From Limisphaerales bacterium (GTDB lineage Bacteria > Verrucomicrobiota > Verrucomicrobiia > Limisphaerales > UBA11358): a stretch of DNA of 58,221 nucleotides. The notes under the pieces were generated by a model. That model was not told the DNA's origin. It saw nothing but the letters and a program-made list of their open reading frames with translations, and did no database searches. Location of the stretch: assembly GCA_025362675.1 (NCBI GenBank), contig JANYFN010000224.1, positions 1 to 58,221 of the forward strand, given 5' to 3'. Shown here piece after piece: positions 40,991-52,600 of the stretch (positions are counted from its first letter, which is position 1; each line of letters starts with the position of its first letter). The position numbers and the translations under genes were made by a program.

Positions 40991-41056
40991 AATTGATTCA
41001 ACCAAGGATAATGTATTCCACCGTTTGGTTTATCCGGGCACAGACCAGCCATTTCA

Positions 41057-41072
41057 CCACGAGTTCTCGGGA
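41057..41072. promoter_or_regulatory. 7-2-7 operator, site F (CCACGAGTTCTCGGGA)
   Basis: Plus strand: site-TTGAAT-N16-CAAATT; ATG 43 nt after the site end. Confidence 0.72.
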
Positions 41073-41114
41073 TTGAATAATTTAAAAAATCCTTCAAATT
41101 CTAGATATAGCCGT

Positions 41115-41906
41115 ATGAAGTCCTTAAAAAATTTGGATAGGTCCTGCAGACTAACTTATGCCTTCACGCTGATTGAGCTGCTGGTGGTGATTGCCATCAT
41201 CGCCATTCTGGCCTCGATGTTGCTACCTGTGCTCGCCCAAGCTAAAGCCAAGGCCTACGGCATACAATGCGTTTCCAATCTGAGGCAGGTCACGGTGGCC
41301 ATCAATATGTTTGCGAATGATAACGGCGACCGCATGCCGTTCGGAGTGGATGCCAGTGGCAACCCTAATGGCGGCCTTGCTCCTGAAGCCATCACCTGTT
41401 CATTGGTGGGCGGGGTTTCCGTGCATCCCCAGTTAGTCTATCAGCTAGACCCGTATCTTTCAGGAAAAAGAAATTTAAATGCGCCATACCAAGGTTGGAC
41501 CGTAAGCCCGGTTGCCATCTGCCCTGCCTTCATAAAAAACTCACAATATGTTGCGCGCTCGCCGGATCCAGTTGAGCCGGACTATCGACGCGCCAACTAT
41601 CGTTTGCGATCGTATGTCGAGGGAAAAACCATGTGGGATTCTGCTAAGAGCCCAAAGTGGTCCACCGTTCAAAACCCGTCGCAAAATGGAGCGCTCGCTG
41701 ATTTCGACCGCGCTTTTCCGGGAGCCAATAGTGGCACTATCACCGCCTACAATGATTGGGCACAACTGCCAGATTTTCCCGTGCATGGCCATAGTCGGGT
41801 TTACGCTTACTTTGACAGCCACGTGGCTACTCTGAGCCTCGCCAAGCATTCCGATAGCCTGACCACCAATCAACTGCCCAGCGGGTGGATAAGCGTCACG
41901 CAATGA
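41115..41906 (+). CDS. Prepilin-type N-terminal cleavage/methylation protein (H-X9-DS variant)
   Basis: ATG 41115 [25 protein letters not shown]; CVSNLRQ; ICP; [13 protein letters not shown]. Confidence 0.9.
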   Translation: MKSLKNLDRSCRLTYAFTLIELLVVIAIIAILASMLLPVLAQAKAKAYGIQCVSNLRQVTVAINMFANDNGDRMPFGVDASGNPNGGLAPEAITCSLVGGVSVHPQLVYQLDPYLSGKRNLNAPYQGWTVSPVAICPAFIKNSQYVARSPDPVEPDYRRANYRLRSYVEGKTMWDSAKSPKWSTVQNPSQNGALADFDRAFPGANSGTITAYNDWAQLPDFPVHGHSRVYAYFDSHVATLSLAKHSDSLTTNQLPSGWISVTQ

Positions 41907-41910
41907 TTAT

Positions 41911-44019
41911 ATGGCTTTCGTGATGCGTTACCGATTTCAATGCTGGCAATGGATTTTATCAGCCGCGTTGGTGGCTGTCCAAGTTTGCGCTACCAGAGCG
42001 GAACCTGTCTCGAATAGTCACACGCTAGAAGGTCGCACGAATGATTTAGTGATACTGAATTTTGCCTCTGCCGAAGCGATCAAGCATCTGGCCGCACCGA
42101 AAGCTTTTAACTTAGACCGCAGCGCTGAATCAGTAGTAATCAGTGGGCCGCTGATAGGAAGAAGTCAAACTCTTGCCATCACTTCCGGGGCACAACCGTG
42201 GAATCTTTCCAACTATCTTTATTTGGCCGCCGATGTTCACAATGGCAGCTCTCAAGAAGTGACAATTGTGTGCCGAGTGGAAGATCCCGACTATGTTGGT
42301 TGGCATCATTACGCTGAATCAGTTGCCCGCGTGGAGGCTGGCGAAACGACCACGGTTCTGGTTTTCCTGAAAAGAAAAAATGCGCCGGATGAAACGCTCA
42401 AGACGCTTTTCCCCGGCATGGATGCCCTACCCAATGGTTATATGCCGCATTGGAGCGGACTAGACCCAACGCGCATCTCTAAAATAGTTATGGGATTGGA
42501 ATCATGGGGAACAAATCTCAATTTGGAATTGCGCAATCTGCGCGCAATCGGAATTTGCGATTCCGCACCGCTGACGACCGCTGATTATTTTCCGTTCATA
42601 GATTTGTATGGCCAGTTCCGGCACGCGGATTGGCCGACCAAAATTCATTCACCTAAAGATTTAGCTGTGCAACGAAAGGCGGAAGCAGCGCTGTTACAAG
42701 CTAGCCCGCGCCCGCCGTCGTGGGATAAATACGGTGGTTTCAAGGATGGCCCGCAACTTGCCGCCAGCGGAAATTTTCGAGTTGAAAAATATGCCGGTAA
42801 GTGGTGGCTAGTAGATCCCGAGGGACGACTTTTCTGGTCCCACGGTGTCACGGGCGTCGGTGTGTCGTCAACCGCTCCGGTGCAGGGACGCAAGAAATTT
42901 TTTACCGAACTTCCAACCACGGACCAGAGCGACCCCAAAGGAGTAAACTGGTATTTGGCCAACCTAAAACTGAAGTATGGCGTCCACGCAGAAGCCGCCG
43001 CCGCTACGCTTGCTCACGAACGGCTGCCAAGTTGGGGGCTGAATACGCTGGCGTGCTGGTCGGACCAGAAGATTACCAGCCTTGATAAAACTCCCTATAC
43101 AAAAATCCTCAATATCGGCGGACCTAAACTAGCTCCAAGCCTGAGACTTTCCGATCCATTTAATACGGCTTTGGCGCGTAGTGCCCGCCGCGCTTATGAA
43201 GGTGAAAAAAATTCCACCGCCAAAGATCCTTGGTGCATCGGTTACTTCATCGGCAACGAATTGGAATGGCGCGGTGGACCGGAAATTGTCAACGAAGTTC
43301 TTACTGCGCCAGCAAAAAAAGCTGGTAAAAAAGCGTTGGTGGAACTGTTGCAAGCGCGCCATTTTACGATTACTAACCTCAATACGGCGTGGCATACAAC
43401 TTATCTCTCTTGGGATAACTTGCTTGCATCGACCAATAAGGTGGACGCTACGCTTGCGCTTGAGGATTTTACGGCATTTAACGAGCAATTGGCGGAGCGT
43501 TATTATCAAACTTGCGAAGCTGAATTGAAGCGGGCTACGCCTAACAAACTCAATCTCGGCTCGCGTTTCCACACTGTGAACCCGATCGCTGTCCGGGCCG
43601 CAGCCAAGCATTGCGACGTAGTGAGTTTCAATAAATACAACACCAGCATCCGCAATCTGAATCTGCCCGACGCTCTTGATCGCCCTGTCATTATTGGCGA
43701 ATTTCACTTTCCGGCCTGGGATCGTAGCTTTGCGGCCACGGCCGATTGCAGCCAACTTTGTGAAAAGCAACGCGCGGACAGCTATTGGTATTACATTACT
43801 GGCGCGCTGGATAATGCGTTAATCGTCGGCACACACTGGTTTCAATACTTGGACCAGCCGCTGATCGGCCGTGGTGATGGCGAAAATTTCCCTATCGGCT
43901 TCGTTGATGTCACCGACACGCCCTACGACGCGCTGACCAAGGTGACGCGCGAACTGGGCGATAATCTCTATGTCCGCCGACTTCAAGCCAACCGCGCTGC
44001 CGAAACAAAAAACCGGTGA
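41911..44019 (+). CDS. GH50 family (beta-agarase-like) glycoside hydrolase
   Basis: FIDLYGQF, WDKYGG, FRVEKYAGKWWLVDPEG, GYFIGNEL, IGEFHF, HWFQYLDQP...DGENFPIGFVDVTDTPY. Confidence 0.85.
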   Translation: MAFVMRYRFQCWQWILSAALVAVQVCATRAEPVSNSHTLEGRTNDLVILNFASAEAIKHLAAPKAFNLDRSAESVVISGPLIGRSQTLAITSGAQPWNLSNYLYLAADVHNGSSQEVTIVCRVEDPDYVGWHHYAESVARVEAGETTTVLVFLKRKNAPDETLKTLFPGMDALPNGYMPHWSGLDPTRISKIVMGLESWGTNLNLELRNLRAIGICDSAPLTTADYFPFIDLYGQFRHADWPTKIHSPKDLAVQRKAEAALLQASPRPPSWDKYGGFKDGPQLAASGNFRVEKYAGKWWLVDPEGRLFWSHGVTGVGVSSTAPVQGRKKFFTELPTTDQSDPKGVNWYLANLKLKYGVHAEAAAATLAHERLPSWGLNTLACWSDQKITSLDKTPYTKILNIGGPKLAPSLRLSDPFNTALARSARRAYEGEKNSTAKDPWCIGYFIGNELEWRGGPEIVNEVLTAPAKKAGKKALVELLQARHFTITNLNTAWHTTYLSWDNLLASTNKVDATLALEDFTAFNEQLAERYYQTCEAELKRATPNKLNLGSRFHTVNPIAVRAAAKHCDVVSFNKYNTSIRNLNLPDALDRPVIIGEFHFPAWDRSFAATADCSQLCEKQRADSYWYYITGALDNALIVGTHWFQYLDQPLIGRGDGENFPIGFVDVTDTPYDALTKVTRELGDNLYVRRLQANRAAETKNR

Positions 44020-44317
44020 AGTCAATCCATCCAAAATTAAAAAGAAATTAAATTAGGCTTTCTAGCCAACCAATAAAGAAGAACAGCTCACACGCAAACT
44101 TGCGCAAATGTATTCCCGAATAATTTGGTTCAACAGGCCGCGAATCCTGCGCGACTGATCTTACTACGATTTTTGCTGCTTATGTAACGGTATCAATTAT
44201 TTTGCGAATGAAGCCGAAAGCGCGAACTTTCAAGCGATTGAGAACTCCACGCATTAACACTTCCCTTCAGCCGGATGTGGGCAAAAGTAGCGAGCGTCAA
44301 AACCGTTTTAATATGGG

Positions 44318-46315
44318 TCACCAAGCCAACAGGAAGCTAAGTGGACACTTAAGAAACCTGCTGATGATCGCCTGATAGAATTGCTGACGCTCCGGTCCCC
44401 GCAGGTTCCGCGCGCGGATCGCCACGAACAGCGCCAGGCTGAAGCTGACCAGAATATTTAACAGGCCAATGCCAAGAATACCGATCCCAATCCATAAGGT
44501 CGAAAGCACCCAGAAGTGTTCGCCACCCAAGGCTGCGAACGCTGCCGTGACTTGCCCCGTGGAGAGCGTGACGTGGCGCACATCGAGCGGTAGCCCAAAG
44601 AAAACCGCCACGGACGGAATAATTCCGAGCATCAAACCAAGCGAGATGTTTCCTCCCAAACCGGCGATGTTTTGCTCGAGCCAAACCGCTAGGTGCCGCG
44701 TGCGCGTCGGGCCGAAAAAGCGTTGCAATCCGCGATGCTGCGCCAGTGCGGCGCTGAGTTGATGCAGCACAAACCAGTTGTCCAACCAGGCGGCAAATAA
44801 ACTCGATAACCACAATAGCACGCCGGTGAACATCGCAAAAATCCAGCAGCCGCTCCAGGGCGCCACCGTTCCCAAAATCAGCTCCGCCTTGTGCTCGTTG
44901 ACAATGTGGTCGCCGGTAATACCGCGCCAAAGCACGTCAAGAATCCAAGTCGCGGGAATCACCAGCGCAAGATTCCCGAACACTGACGCGATCTGCGATC
45001 GGATGAGAAAGACTACTTCATCCACCAGCGCGTCGAGTTGTGCTGTCGTGTGCAACTCACTCATCCGCCGCGCCAGCGCGGGGGCCGTGGTCGCAGGTTG
45101 TTTGGTAGCCACGGAAAAACCACACAACTGCACCACCACGAAACTCACTGCGTAGTTCAGCCCGAAAAAGGCGCCCTTGAAAAACTCGGCGAGCACGAGC
45201 TTGGCCAGAAGTAGTTTCAAAAAAGTCGTTACGCCCAGGATCACGCCGCCGCCGGCCGCGCTGCGCAGCATGGCGGCGTATTCCCGGCCATTGCGCGCGA
45301 CGTAATGTTCCCCGGTCTCGGCATTTCGCTCCACGATCCGCCGCGTGAGTAAATGCAGGTTTTGACGGCACAACTCCCGCACGCTCCGGCGCGCATGATT
45401 TTGCCGCACCAGCTCGGCGATGATCGCCAGCTTACGCTCCGGCGTCAGTGCGGGGGCAGACCAGGCCTCCAGCAATAATTCCAGCCGCCGCACTTGGGCG
45501 CGCAAGCGTTCGATGTCATATACCAACGCCGTGCTGACCCCGGATTTTTCCAAGTGTCCGGTGACTTCATCCACGGCGCGGTCACACGCATCGGCCACGC
45601 CGCGCACTACGTTCAATTCCGCAGCCAATTCAGTCAACGGAGCACCTGCCTCCCGGCAAGCGAGCAATGCTTCCACCGCTGGCGTAAGTTTTTGAAAGGG
45701 TAGTTCCCGGAACGCAACCTTGCCGAGCCGCGCCCGCACTTCGCGATTTGAACCCACGACGCAGATGCGATCGGCGAGTTGGATCATCGCATCCTCGAGG
45801 TCGGTCCGGAGCAACACCCAACTGCCCTCCGCCGCAATTTCTCCGTGATGAAATAGCTCAATGATCCGGCTGGCAAGTTCGGCATCAAGTTTTTCCAACC
45901 AGACAGACGCCGATTCGCTTGGAAACAAACGGTCAAATATATCCGCGAGATCCCGCGTTTGCGGCGGATCGGGCAGCAGACCGGAGACCAGCCGGGACAA
46001 CAGTTCATGCGTGAATCCCGCGCCCTGCGGTAAGCCCGTATCGGCAAACAAATCCAGCGCCTCGGTATCGCGCACGATGGAACGCAACGTTTGCGCCAGG
46101 CGTTGGTGTGCTTCAGGCTGGCGCTCCAGCAATTGGAGCAGCAGCCGCAACCGCATCCCCGGCACATCCCGCCGCACCCACGACAGCAAATCCTCCAGCC
46201 ACGCCGCTCGCTCGGCGAGCGGCAGATCGGGACGCGCGTGTGTCAGCAGCGCCTCCAAAGCAGGTCGGCCTCGCCGCGACGCCAGCTTATCTTTGAAATG
46301 TTGCCACCCAATCAT
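44318..46315 (-). CDS. Gcr-like 'site-specific recombinase' family (SpecificRecomb) polytopic membrane protein
   Basis: AETGEHYVAR, SAAGGG, LNYAVSF, ATKQPA, GLPLDVRHVTLSTG motifs and several TM segments; no Tyr/Ser recombinase motif. Confidence 0.75.
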   Translation of the reverse strand: MIGWQHFKDKLASRRGRPALEALLTHARPDLPLAERAAWLEDLLSWVRRDVPGMRLRLLLQLLERQPEAHQRLAQTLRSIVRDTEALDLFADTGLPQGAGFTHELLSRLVSGLLPDPPQTRDLADIFDRLFPSESASVWLEKLDAELASRIIELFHHGEIAAEGSWVLLRTDLEDAMIQLADRICVVGSNREVRARLGKVAFRELPFQKLTPAVEALLACREAGAPLTELAAELNVVRGVADACDRAVDEVTGHLEKSGVSTALVYDIERLRAQVRRLELLLEAWSAPALTPERKLAIIAELVRQNHARRSVRELCRQNLHLLTRRIVERNAETGEHYVARNGREYAAMLRSAAGGGVILGVTTFLKLLLAKLVLAEFFKGAFFGLNYAVSFVVVQLCGFSVATKQPATTAPALARRMSELHTTAQLDALVDEVVFLIRSQIASVFGNLALVIPATWILDVLWRGITGDHIVNEHKAELILGTVAPWSGCWIFAMFTGVLLWLSSLFAAWLDNWFVLHQLSAALAQHRGLQRFFGPTRTRHLAVWLEQNIAGLGGNISLGLMLGIIPSVAVFFGLPLDVRHVTLSTGQVTAAFAALGGEHFWVLSTLWIGIGILGIGLLNILVSFSLALFVAIRARNLRGPERQQFYQAIISRFLKCPLSFLLAW

Positions 46316-46622
46316 AGATACAATTCAGAAACGAACCGACGTAATGTTCACGAACGAAGCCTGACTGTCCAACCCGCCGTGACACCAGAATCGTCTGACT
46401 GATTTTGATTCAATAAGATTGAACCCACGGCGCGGTTTGAACGGCGGGCCAATTTTGCTCCGCCTCATTCTCATTGTTTACGGGAGCGGCCACATATTCG
46501 CGCCATTCCGCCGACACCAAATTCGGATCTTGCCAATAGTCAGCGTGGAATTATTCGACAAAAGCAAGGCTCTGAATCCTAGACTGGATCGCAGATTCAC
46601 TCATATCTGCAAGTGTAATTGC

Positions 46623-46829
46623 TCATGCTCCGCCGGGCAGAAAAGCCTCTTTACCGCCCTCCTCGACCAGTCTTTCCTTATCGTTTCGGTCTTCGGCGGC
46701 GTCGCTGGCGCTTGCCACAACTGGCACTTTTTGCCTGCTCGAATTCGATACAAGATTCCAATCTTCGGATTCGACCGGCGGCGTTGGTTTTACCGCAAGT
46801 TTGCTCGTGCACGTTGGTTTTATCCGCAT
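46623..46829 (-). CDS. Small hypothetical protein or gene remnant
   Basis: ATG 46829 MRIKPT...ESEDWNLV...KVPV...DKERLVEEG; acidic, no family assignable with confidence. Confidence 0.3.
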   Translation of the reverse strand: MRIKPTCTSKLAVKPTPPVESEDWNLVSNSSRQKVPVVASASDAAEDRNDKERLVEEGGKEAFLPGGA

Positions 46830-47178
46830 GATAAAAAAGTATCGCCCAGCCACTTGACGGACGCTATGGGGTGAAATCCCCACCGTCAATCAAGGGGGCT
46901 GAAACTGAACCAATCGCAAATCGGAGCTGAAAAATGCTAAGCCCGTAGCAGAATCGGTGAACTAACGAGCGCGAAGGTAACGATTAGATTCTTGCCATGA
47001 CTATTGGGGAATAACCGGAAGTTAGTCCACTGGAATGATGGACATCGTTCGTGAAAGCTCGCCTGATTTTGATAAAACAATTCGCAATGGAGTGGATGAA
47101 TTAAAATGGCCGCCCTAAATTTTATTATAAAATATTCAAAAAAAATCGGCGGTCAGAGTGGTTAATCTGTTCACGCTA

Positions 47179-49641
47179 TCAACGCATCGTTTCCAGTGTT
47201 GAATTTAGATTCACACTCGCGCCACGTTTCAATTTTATATCAGTTACAAAATTTCCATAGTGCAACTGGCACGCCGTCCCGCCAGTGTTGTGAAGAATTA
47301 CTGAGACCAACTTCGAATTTTTCCACGTCAAATCAACTTCAAAACCGCCGCGCGCGCGCAGGCCTTTGACATCGCCATCCGGCCACGCAGCGGGCAGCGC
47401 AGGGAGCAAATCGAGAATCCGCACATTGCTCCTTGCTGCTTCCAGATGGCTTTGCAGCAGCATCTCCGAGACGCCGGCAGTGAAGGCAAAATTGCCATCA
47501 ATCTGAAACGGCGGATGTGCATCGAACAGGTTTGGATAAACACCGCCGCCGCTGCCGTAGCTCGTGCGCGTATTGCCGCCGACGGGACGCAATAGATTTT
47601 TCACAAGCAGATAAGCGTGATCGCCGTCGAGCAAGCGCGCCCAGAAATTTATTTTCCAACCGAGCGACCAGCCCGTGCCATCATCACCGCGAATCTCCAG
47701 AACTTTTTTGGCTGCCGCAAAAAATTCCGGCGTGGCGGGCGTGATCTGGTGGCCGGGATAAACGCCGAATAGATGCGACGTGTGCCGATGATGCACGTCC
47801 TCCTCCTTGAAATCCTGAAACCATTCCTGAATCTGACCGCGTGAACCGATCTGGAGCGGAAATAATTTCGCGCGCGCCGCTTCAAGCTTCGCTGCAAATT
47901 CCTGGTCCGTGTCCAGCACGCGCGCGGCGTCAATGCAGTCGGTGAACAGCTCCCAGATGATGGACATGTCCATCGTGCAAGCCATGCTCACGTTGGCGCG
48001 CTTGCCGTCCGGCGTGAGGAAGGCGAGTTCCGGCGAAACGGAAGGCGCGGTAACGAGGTGCCCTTTGCCATCATCAATCAACCAGTCGAGGCAGAATTCC
48101 GCCGCACCGCGCATCACTGGCCACGCGCGTTCGCGCAGATATTTTTTGTCGCCACTGAACGCGTAATGTTCCCACAAATGCTGGCTCAACCACGGACTGC
48201 CCATCGTCCAGTTCGCCCAGACGGGATCGCCGCCGCCGTAATTTCCGACCGGCGCGGTCTGGCCCCAGATGTCGGCGTTGTGATGCGCGACCCAGCCGTG
48301 CGCGCCGTAATTTACCTCGGCCGTTTTTCGTCCGTGAACGGAAAGCATCTGGATGAAATCCAAAAACGGCTCCTGACACTCAGCAAGATTCGCCACTTCC
48401 GCCGGCCAATAATTCATCTCCGCGTTGATGTTCAACGTCCAGTTCGCGCTCCACGGCGGGCGCATGGAATCGTTCCAGATGCCCTGCAAATTCGCGGGCA
48501 AACCGCCGGGGCGAGAACTTTCGATTAGTAAGTAACGGCCGTATTGGTAGAGCAGCGCCGACAAACCAGGATCGGCTTCGCCGGTCGCAAACCGGGCCAG
48601 CCGCTCATCGGTCGGCAACGCGCGCTTGTCAGGACTGCCTCCAAAATTGATTTCAACGCGTTGAAAAAGTTTTTGATAATCGGCCACGTGTCGCGCGAGC
48701 AGCTTTTCATAGGATTTTTTCTGTGCGGCCGCGAGTGGACGCAAAGCCTCGGCGACCGGATCACGGCCGGCGCGCAACGGCGATTTGTCGGCACCATTAA
48801 AACTCGTTCCCGCCGAGAGCAGCAAGGTGACGGCGTTGGCGTTGGTAACGGTAAGAATTTTCCCATCGCAAGCAACTTTCCCACCATCGGCCAGTGCGCG
48901 GATGTGCAAATCAAACGTCATGCCCTCGGCGTTTGTGCCGGTGTCGTAAATGATCGGATTCTTGGAGCCGAGATAACTGGGGTCCACATGCGATGGCGCT
49001 TTGCCCTTTAGAATCAATGTGTTTGCGCTGCCAGCTTCCGTCGTGTGATGCAGCAGGCTGTCCGCCGTCGCATTAAAATTTATTTTCCCCGGCTGATCGC
49101 AGGTCAGTCGAATAACAATGACTTGATCCGGAAAGCTGCTGAAAATTTCACGCGTGAACACTGCGTCACCGATTTTGTAACGCACCGTTGTCACGGCGCG
49201 TTCAAGATCGAGACTGCGTTCGTAGCTGTTGGAAGATATGTTTTCGCCACCGGGAAAGGTGAGTCGCAAATCGCCCAGCGGCTGGTAGGACTCGTTGTAA
49301 GGGCCTTGCATCTTTTTGCAAAGCTCACCGGCCTTCGCATAATCCCCGGCGAAAATCGCGGCGCGGACTTGCGGGAGGATTTTCTTCGCACCGGGATTAT
49401 TCCAGTCGCGCGGCCCGCCCGACCAAAGTGTCGCCTCGTTGAGTTGCAACCGCTCGTTGGTGATGCCGCCGAAGACCATCGCGCCGAACCGACCATTCCC
49501 AACGGGCAATGCCTCAGTCCAGCGGGTCGCGGGTTGCGAATACTTCAGCGCCAGATCGCCAGCCAAAGCTGAAACGGCCAGCATCAATGCGGTTGCCAGC
49601 AAGAACTGAAATTTGCTGGTTCGGAGTCGCGACGTTTTCAT
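47179..49641 (-). CDS. Alpha-L-fucosidase, GH95
   Basis: [54 protein letters not shown]; ATG 49641. Confidence 0.93.
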   Translation of the reverse strand: MKTSRLRTSKFQFLLATALMLAVSALAGDLALKYSQPATRWTEALPVGNGRFGAMVFGGITNERLQLNEATLWSGGPRDWNNPGAKKILPQVRAAIFAGDYAKAGELCKKMQGPYNESYQPLGDLRLTFPGGENISSNSYERSLDLERAVTTVRYKIGDAVFTREIFSSFPDQVIVIRLTCDQPGKINFNATADSLLHHTTEAGSANTLILKGKAPSHVDPSYLGSKNPIIYDTGTNAEGMTFDLHIRALADGGKVACDGKILTVTNANAVTLLLSAGTSFNGADKSPLRAGRDPVAEALRPLAAAQKKSYEKLLARHVADYQKLFQRVEINFGGSPDKRALPTDERLARFATGEADPGLSALLYQYGRYLLIESSRPGGLPANLQGIWNDSMRPPWSANWTLNINAEMNYWPAEVANLAECQEPFLDFIQMLSVHGRKTAEVNYGAHGWVAHHNADIWGQTAPVGNYGGGDPVWANWTMGSPWLSQHLWEHYAFSGDKKYLRERAWPVMRGAAEFCLDWLIDDGKGHLVTAPSVSPELAFLTPDGKRANVSMACTMDMSIIWELFTDCIDAARVLDTDQEFAAKLEAARAKLFPLQIGSRGQIQEWFQDFKEEDVHHRHTSHLFGVYPGHQITPATPEFFAAAKKVLEIRGDDGTGWSLGWKINFWARLLDGDHAYLLVKNLLRPVGGNTRTSYGSGGGVYPNLFDAHPPFQIDGNFAFTAGVSEMLLQSHLEAARSNVRILDLLPALPAAWPDGDVKGLRARGGFEVDLTWKNSKLVSVILHNTGGTACQLHYGNFVTDIKLKRGASVNLNSTLETMR

Positions 49642-49657
49642 TTCGTAGGAATTTAGA

Positions 49658-52600
49658 TCATTCCCGCGAACGGATGCGAGCCAAGATAACGCCGTGTTTG
49701 GGAACAGAGACAGTAAATTCACTTGCGAATTCCCCTAGGTTTTTCTGCCGCCACAAGTCGCGCACCGTTTGCTTTCCGGAAAGTTTCAAGTCCGCCCATT
49801 TGGCCGTGACCGTTGCTTCGTTGTCGCCCAAGTTAAAAAGTCCAACGGCCTTGGAACCGTCTTCTAAATCTTTCGCATACACCCGGAGATTGCCATTCGT
49901 GGTGACGCAAACCGCCTGTTTTCCCAGCGCATCCTGATCCACTGCCAGCACTTCATCATTCGACAACAGACTCAACGTGAACGCGTCCAGCTTTTCCAGA
50001 TCGCAGCCGATGAGCAGCGGCGCAGACAGCAGACACCAAAGACTGATGTGCGTGTATTGTTCGTCCGGCGTGAGTTTGGTTTCATGCAGTCGCGGACCCC
50101 AGCCGACCCAGCCGACGACGAGCATGTCGGGATCGTTCCAATGTCCCGGCTTGGAGAATGGCGTCCACGGTTCCTGCGTAAAACCGATGCCGCTCAAGCT
50201 GCCCCACGAATCATTGATGTCCCCCGTGGTGCGCCAGCATTGGACAAGCGGCGCGATGTCGGCGATGCGATCCAGCAAGCGATCGCGCGAATTATTCGAC
50301 AAGCTCAAAAGAATATCGCGTTTGGTGGCACGCAAGGCGTCCGCCATTTCCACGACCTGCGGACGCTCGATGGGATTCCAGTCGTATTTCAAATAATCAA
50401 AGCCCCACGCGGCAAACTGCGCGGCGTCATTGGTGGCGAAGGAATATTTTCCGACGGCGTAGGGCAAAAATTTTTTGTTGCGCGGAGATTTTGTCGGCGA
50501 ATTCGTCCAGTCGCCTGCGGGATTTTCCGCCGAGCCGCCGATGTGACCGCCGTAAGAATTGACCCACGGCGTCGAATAAATTCCGGTTTTCAAACCGAGT
50601 GTATGAATCTCGTCGCACAAAGTTTTCATGTCCGAGAATTTTTTATTGGGCTGGATGGCGTTGAAATTTCCGCCCCGAACGCCCTGCCACGTGTCGTCAA
50701 TATTGATGTAAGTCCAGCCGTGTTGCGTAAGACCGGAGGCCACCATCGCCCGCGCCGAGCGCAGGACTTTTTCCTGATCCACCGCGCCCGCCCAGCAGTT
50801 CCAACTGTTCCAACCCATCGGCGGCGTGAGGGCCAGATCGTCGCCCACCACGATGCGAAATTTTTTATCCGCACTGCCTAAAGAATTGTTCGCGTGCAAG
50901 ATTACGGTGAATTCGCCCTTTGTTTCCAGTGCCCCGGTGATTTGTCCGCTCGCTGAGTCCAGCTTCAAGCCGGGCGGCAAATTGTCCGCCGAAAAAGTCA
51001 TGGGGCGGTTGCCCGTCGCGGGAACCGTGTAGAGAAACGGCGCACCCGGACGAACGCCAAAAACATTCGGGCCGTTGATGCGCGGCGTGTTTGGTGCGGG
51101 CGGCGTGAGAATCTCGGCTTGCTTCGGCGTGAAAATCGGAGTCGCGCTGGCATCATTCGTAACGCTGGTCGGCGTCAGCCGCACCGAGTTCAGATTGATT
51201 GGCTTCCAACTGGCCGCGTCTTTCGAGCGGAATTTCACCACCAGTTCGCCGGGTTGCTTGATCTGGATTTGTCCTAGATCAATCGTCTGGAATTTATCCC
51301 AACCGCCGGTCAGGGGCGCCTGACCGTTGATTATCTGGCTACCAACTTCAACCACAAAGCCCACGTCCGCGTCCGCCGTGGCGATGGTCGCGCTGACTTT
51401 GAAAACGCCCGCCTCGGAAACCTGCGCCTTCCAAGAAACCGATTCGTCAGGGTTATTCCAAAAGCCGATGTCTGGCAAACCGCCCTGCGTTTCCAACTGG
51501 ATTCCAGCGCCGTGCAACTCCGCGTCCGTGGCGGACAAAATCACATTACCCTTCGCATCGGAACGAATGATTGCGGCCGTCACGGGCGAAATCACCGCTT
51601 TCAAATTGTCACCCGCGATCCTCAACGCGCAGGTCAATGCCTCCGTTTTGCCAGCGGGCAACTCGACGATCAACGCGTCCGCCGTCTGGGTGAATTTCAA
51701 TTCGCCCTCGTGACCCACCAACTCGACGTGCTTGATTTCGTTTTCACCGTCCACAGCGGTTCTGGCGAGCGAACGGATCGTAAATTTATTTTCCGCCGGC
51801 CAGCCGAGGGCAATCGCGTAAAGCGTTTTCCCTTTGGTAGTGAAACGGATGTCCTGAGCGGTGAAATTAAAATCCTCCTTGAACGCGCCGCCTTTCACCC
51901 GCGCCGGGCCTTCGCCGTAAACCAGCCACGGACGCGTGCCGTAAATCGCTTCGCCATTCACGCCAAACCAATCGCTCAACTGGCCAAGCATGGTTTCGAC
52001 TTCTGGATCAAGCGTGCCGTCGGGACGCAGGACGACGTTGAGCAACAGGTTTCCGTTTTTGCTCACGATGTCCACGAGCATTTTGACCGTCCAATCGAGC
52101 TTCTGATATTTCCAATGCTTGTTGTAAAACCAGTCGCCGATGGACGTGTCCGTCTGCCACGGCAACGGACTGATACCGGGCATCACGCCGCGCTCGACAT
52201 CTTGCACATACGAGCCGCTGCGAAATTCACCGGTGCCCATCGCTGCTTTACAATTATAGACCGCCGTCAACTTTCCATCGTGCGCCGCGATACTGCGATT
52301 ATAAAAATTTGCCACGAGCGTGCGACCCACTTCGCCGAATGGCAAACCGCCGTCGCTGTAAAGCAAATCGGGTTGGTAACGCGCCATTAAATCATTGATA
52401 CGATTGAACCATTCTTGCTGGGCCGCGCCGCTGGTCGTATACCACTTGTTGTCGCCCGGCGCGGTCGGGGCGTGATACAACTCATCAAAAATGGGATTGG
52501 CGCCATCGTAAGGCATACCCGCGAACGCTCCCGTTTTGTCAGCACCATGACTAGTTTGAAACCAAGTGAAACTCGCGCCGAGATGTTCCGAGACGCCGAA

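Noticed and set aside
10488-41072. Palindrome as CRISPR repeat, REP or IS end
   Set aside because: Copies are single, 16 bp, mostly kilobases apart and promoter-positioned, with no spacers, cas or transposase genes.
39462-41114. Upstream starts given by the ORF track (39462, 40941; also 4812, 17395, 49722, 53167)
   Set aside because: They overlap operators, hairpins or neighbouring genes; downstream ATGs give normal leaders or signal peptides.
44237-44252. GAGAACTC core resembling the operator, plus half-sites near 10392, 25524 and 46963
   Set aside because: Only the core or one arm matches; 44237 lies between convergent genes.
44318-46315. Mobile element or invertible DNA implied by the 'site-specific recombinase' family name
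   Set aside because: The protein is a polytopic membrane protein lacking catalytic Tyr/Ser motifs; no att sites, terminal repeats or tRNA seen.
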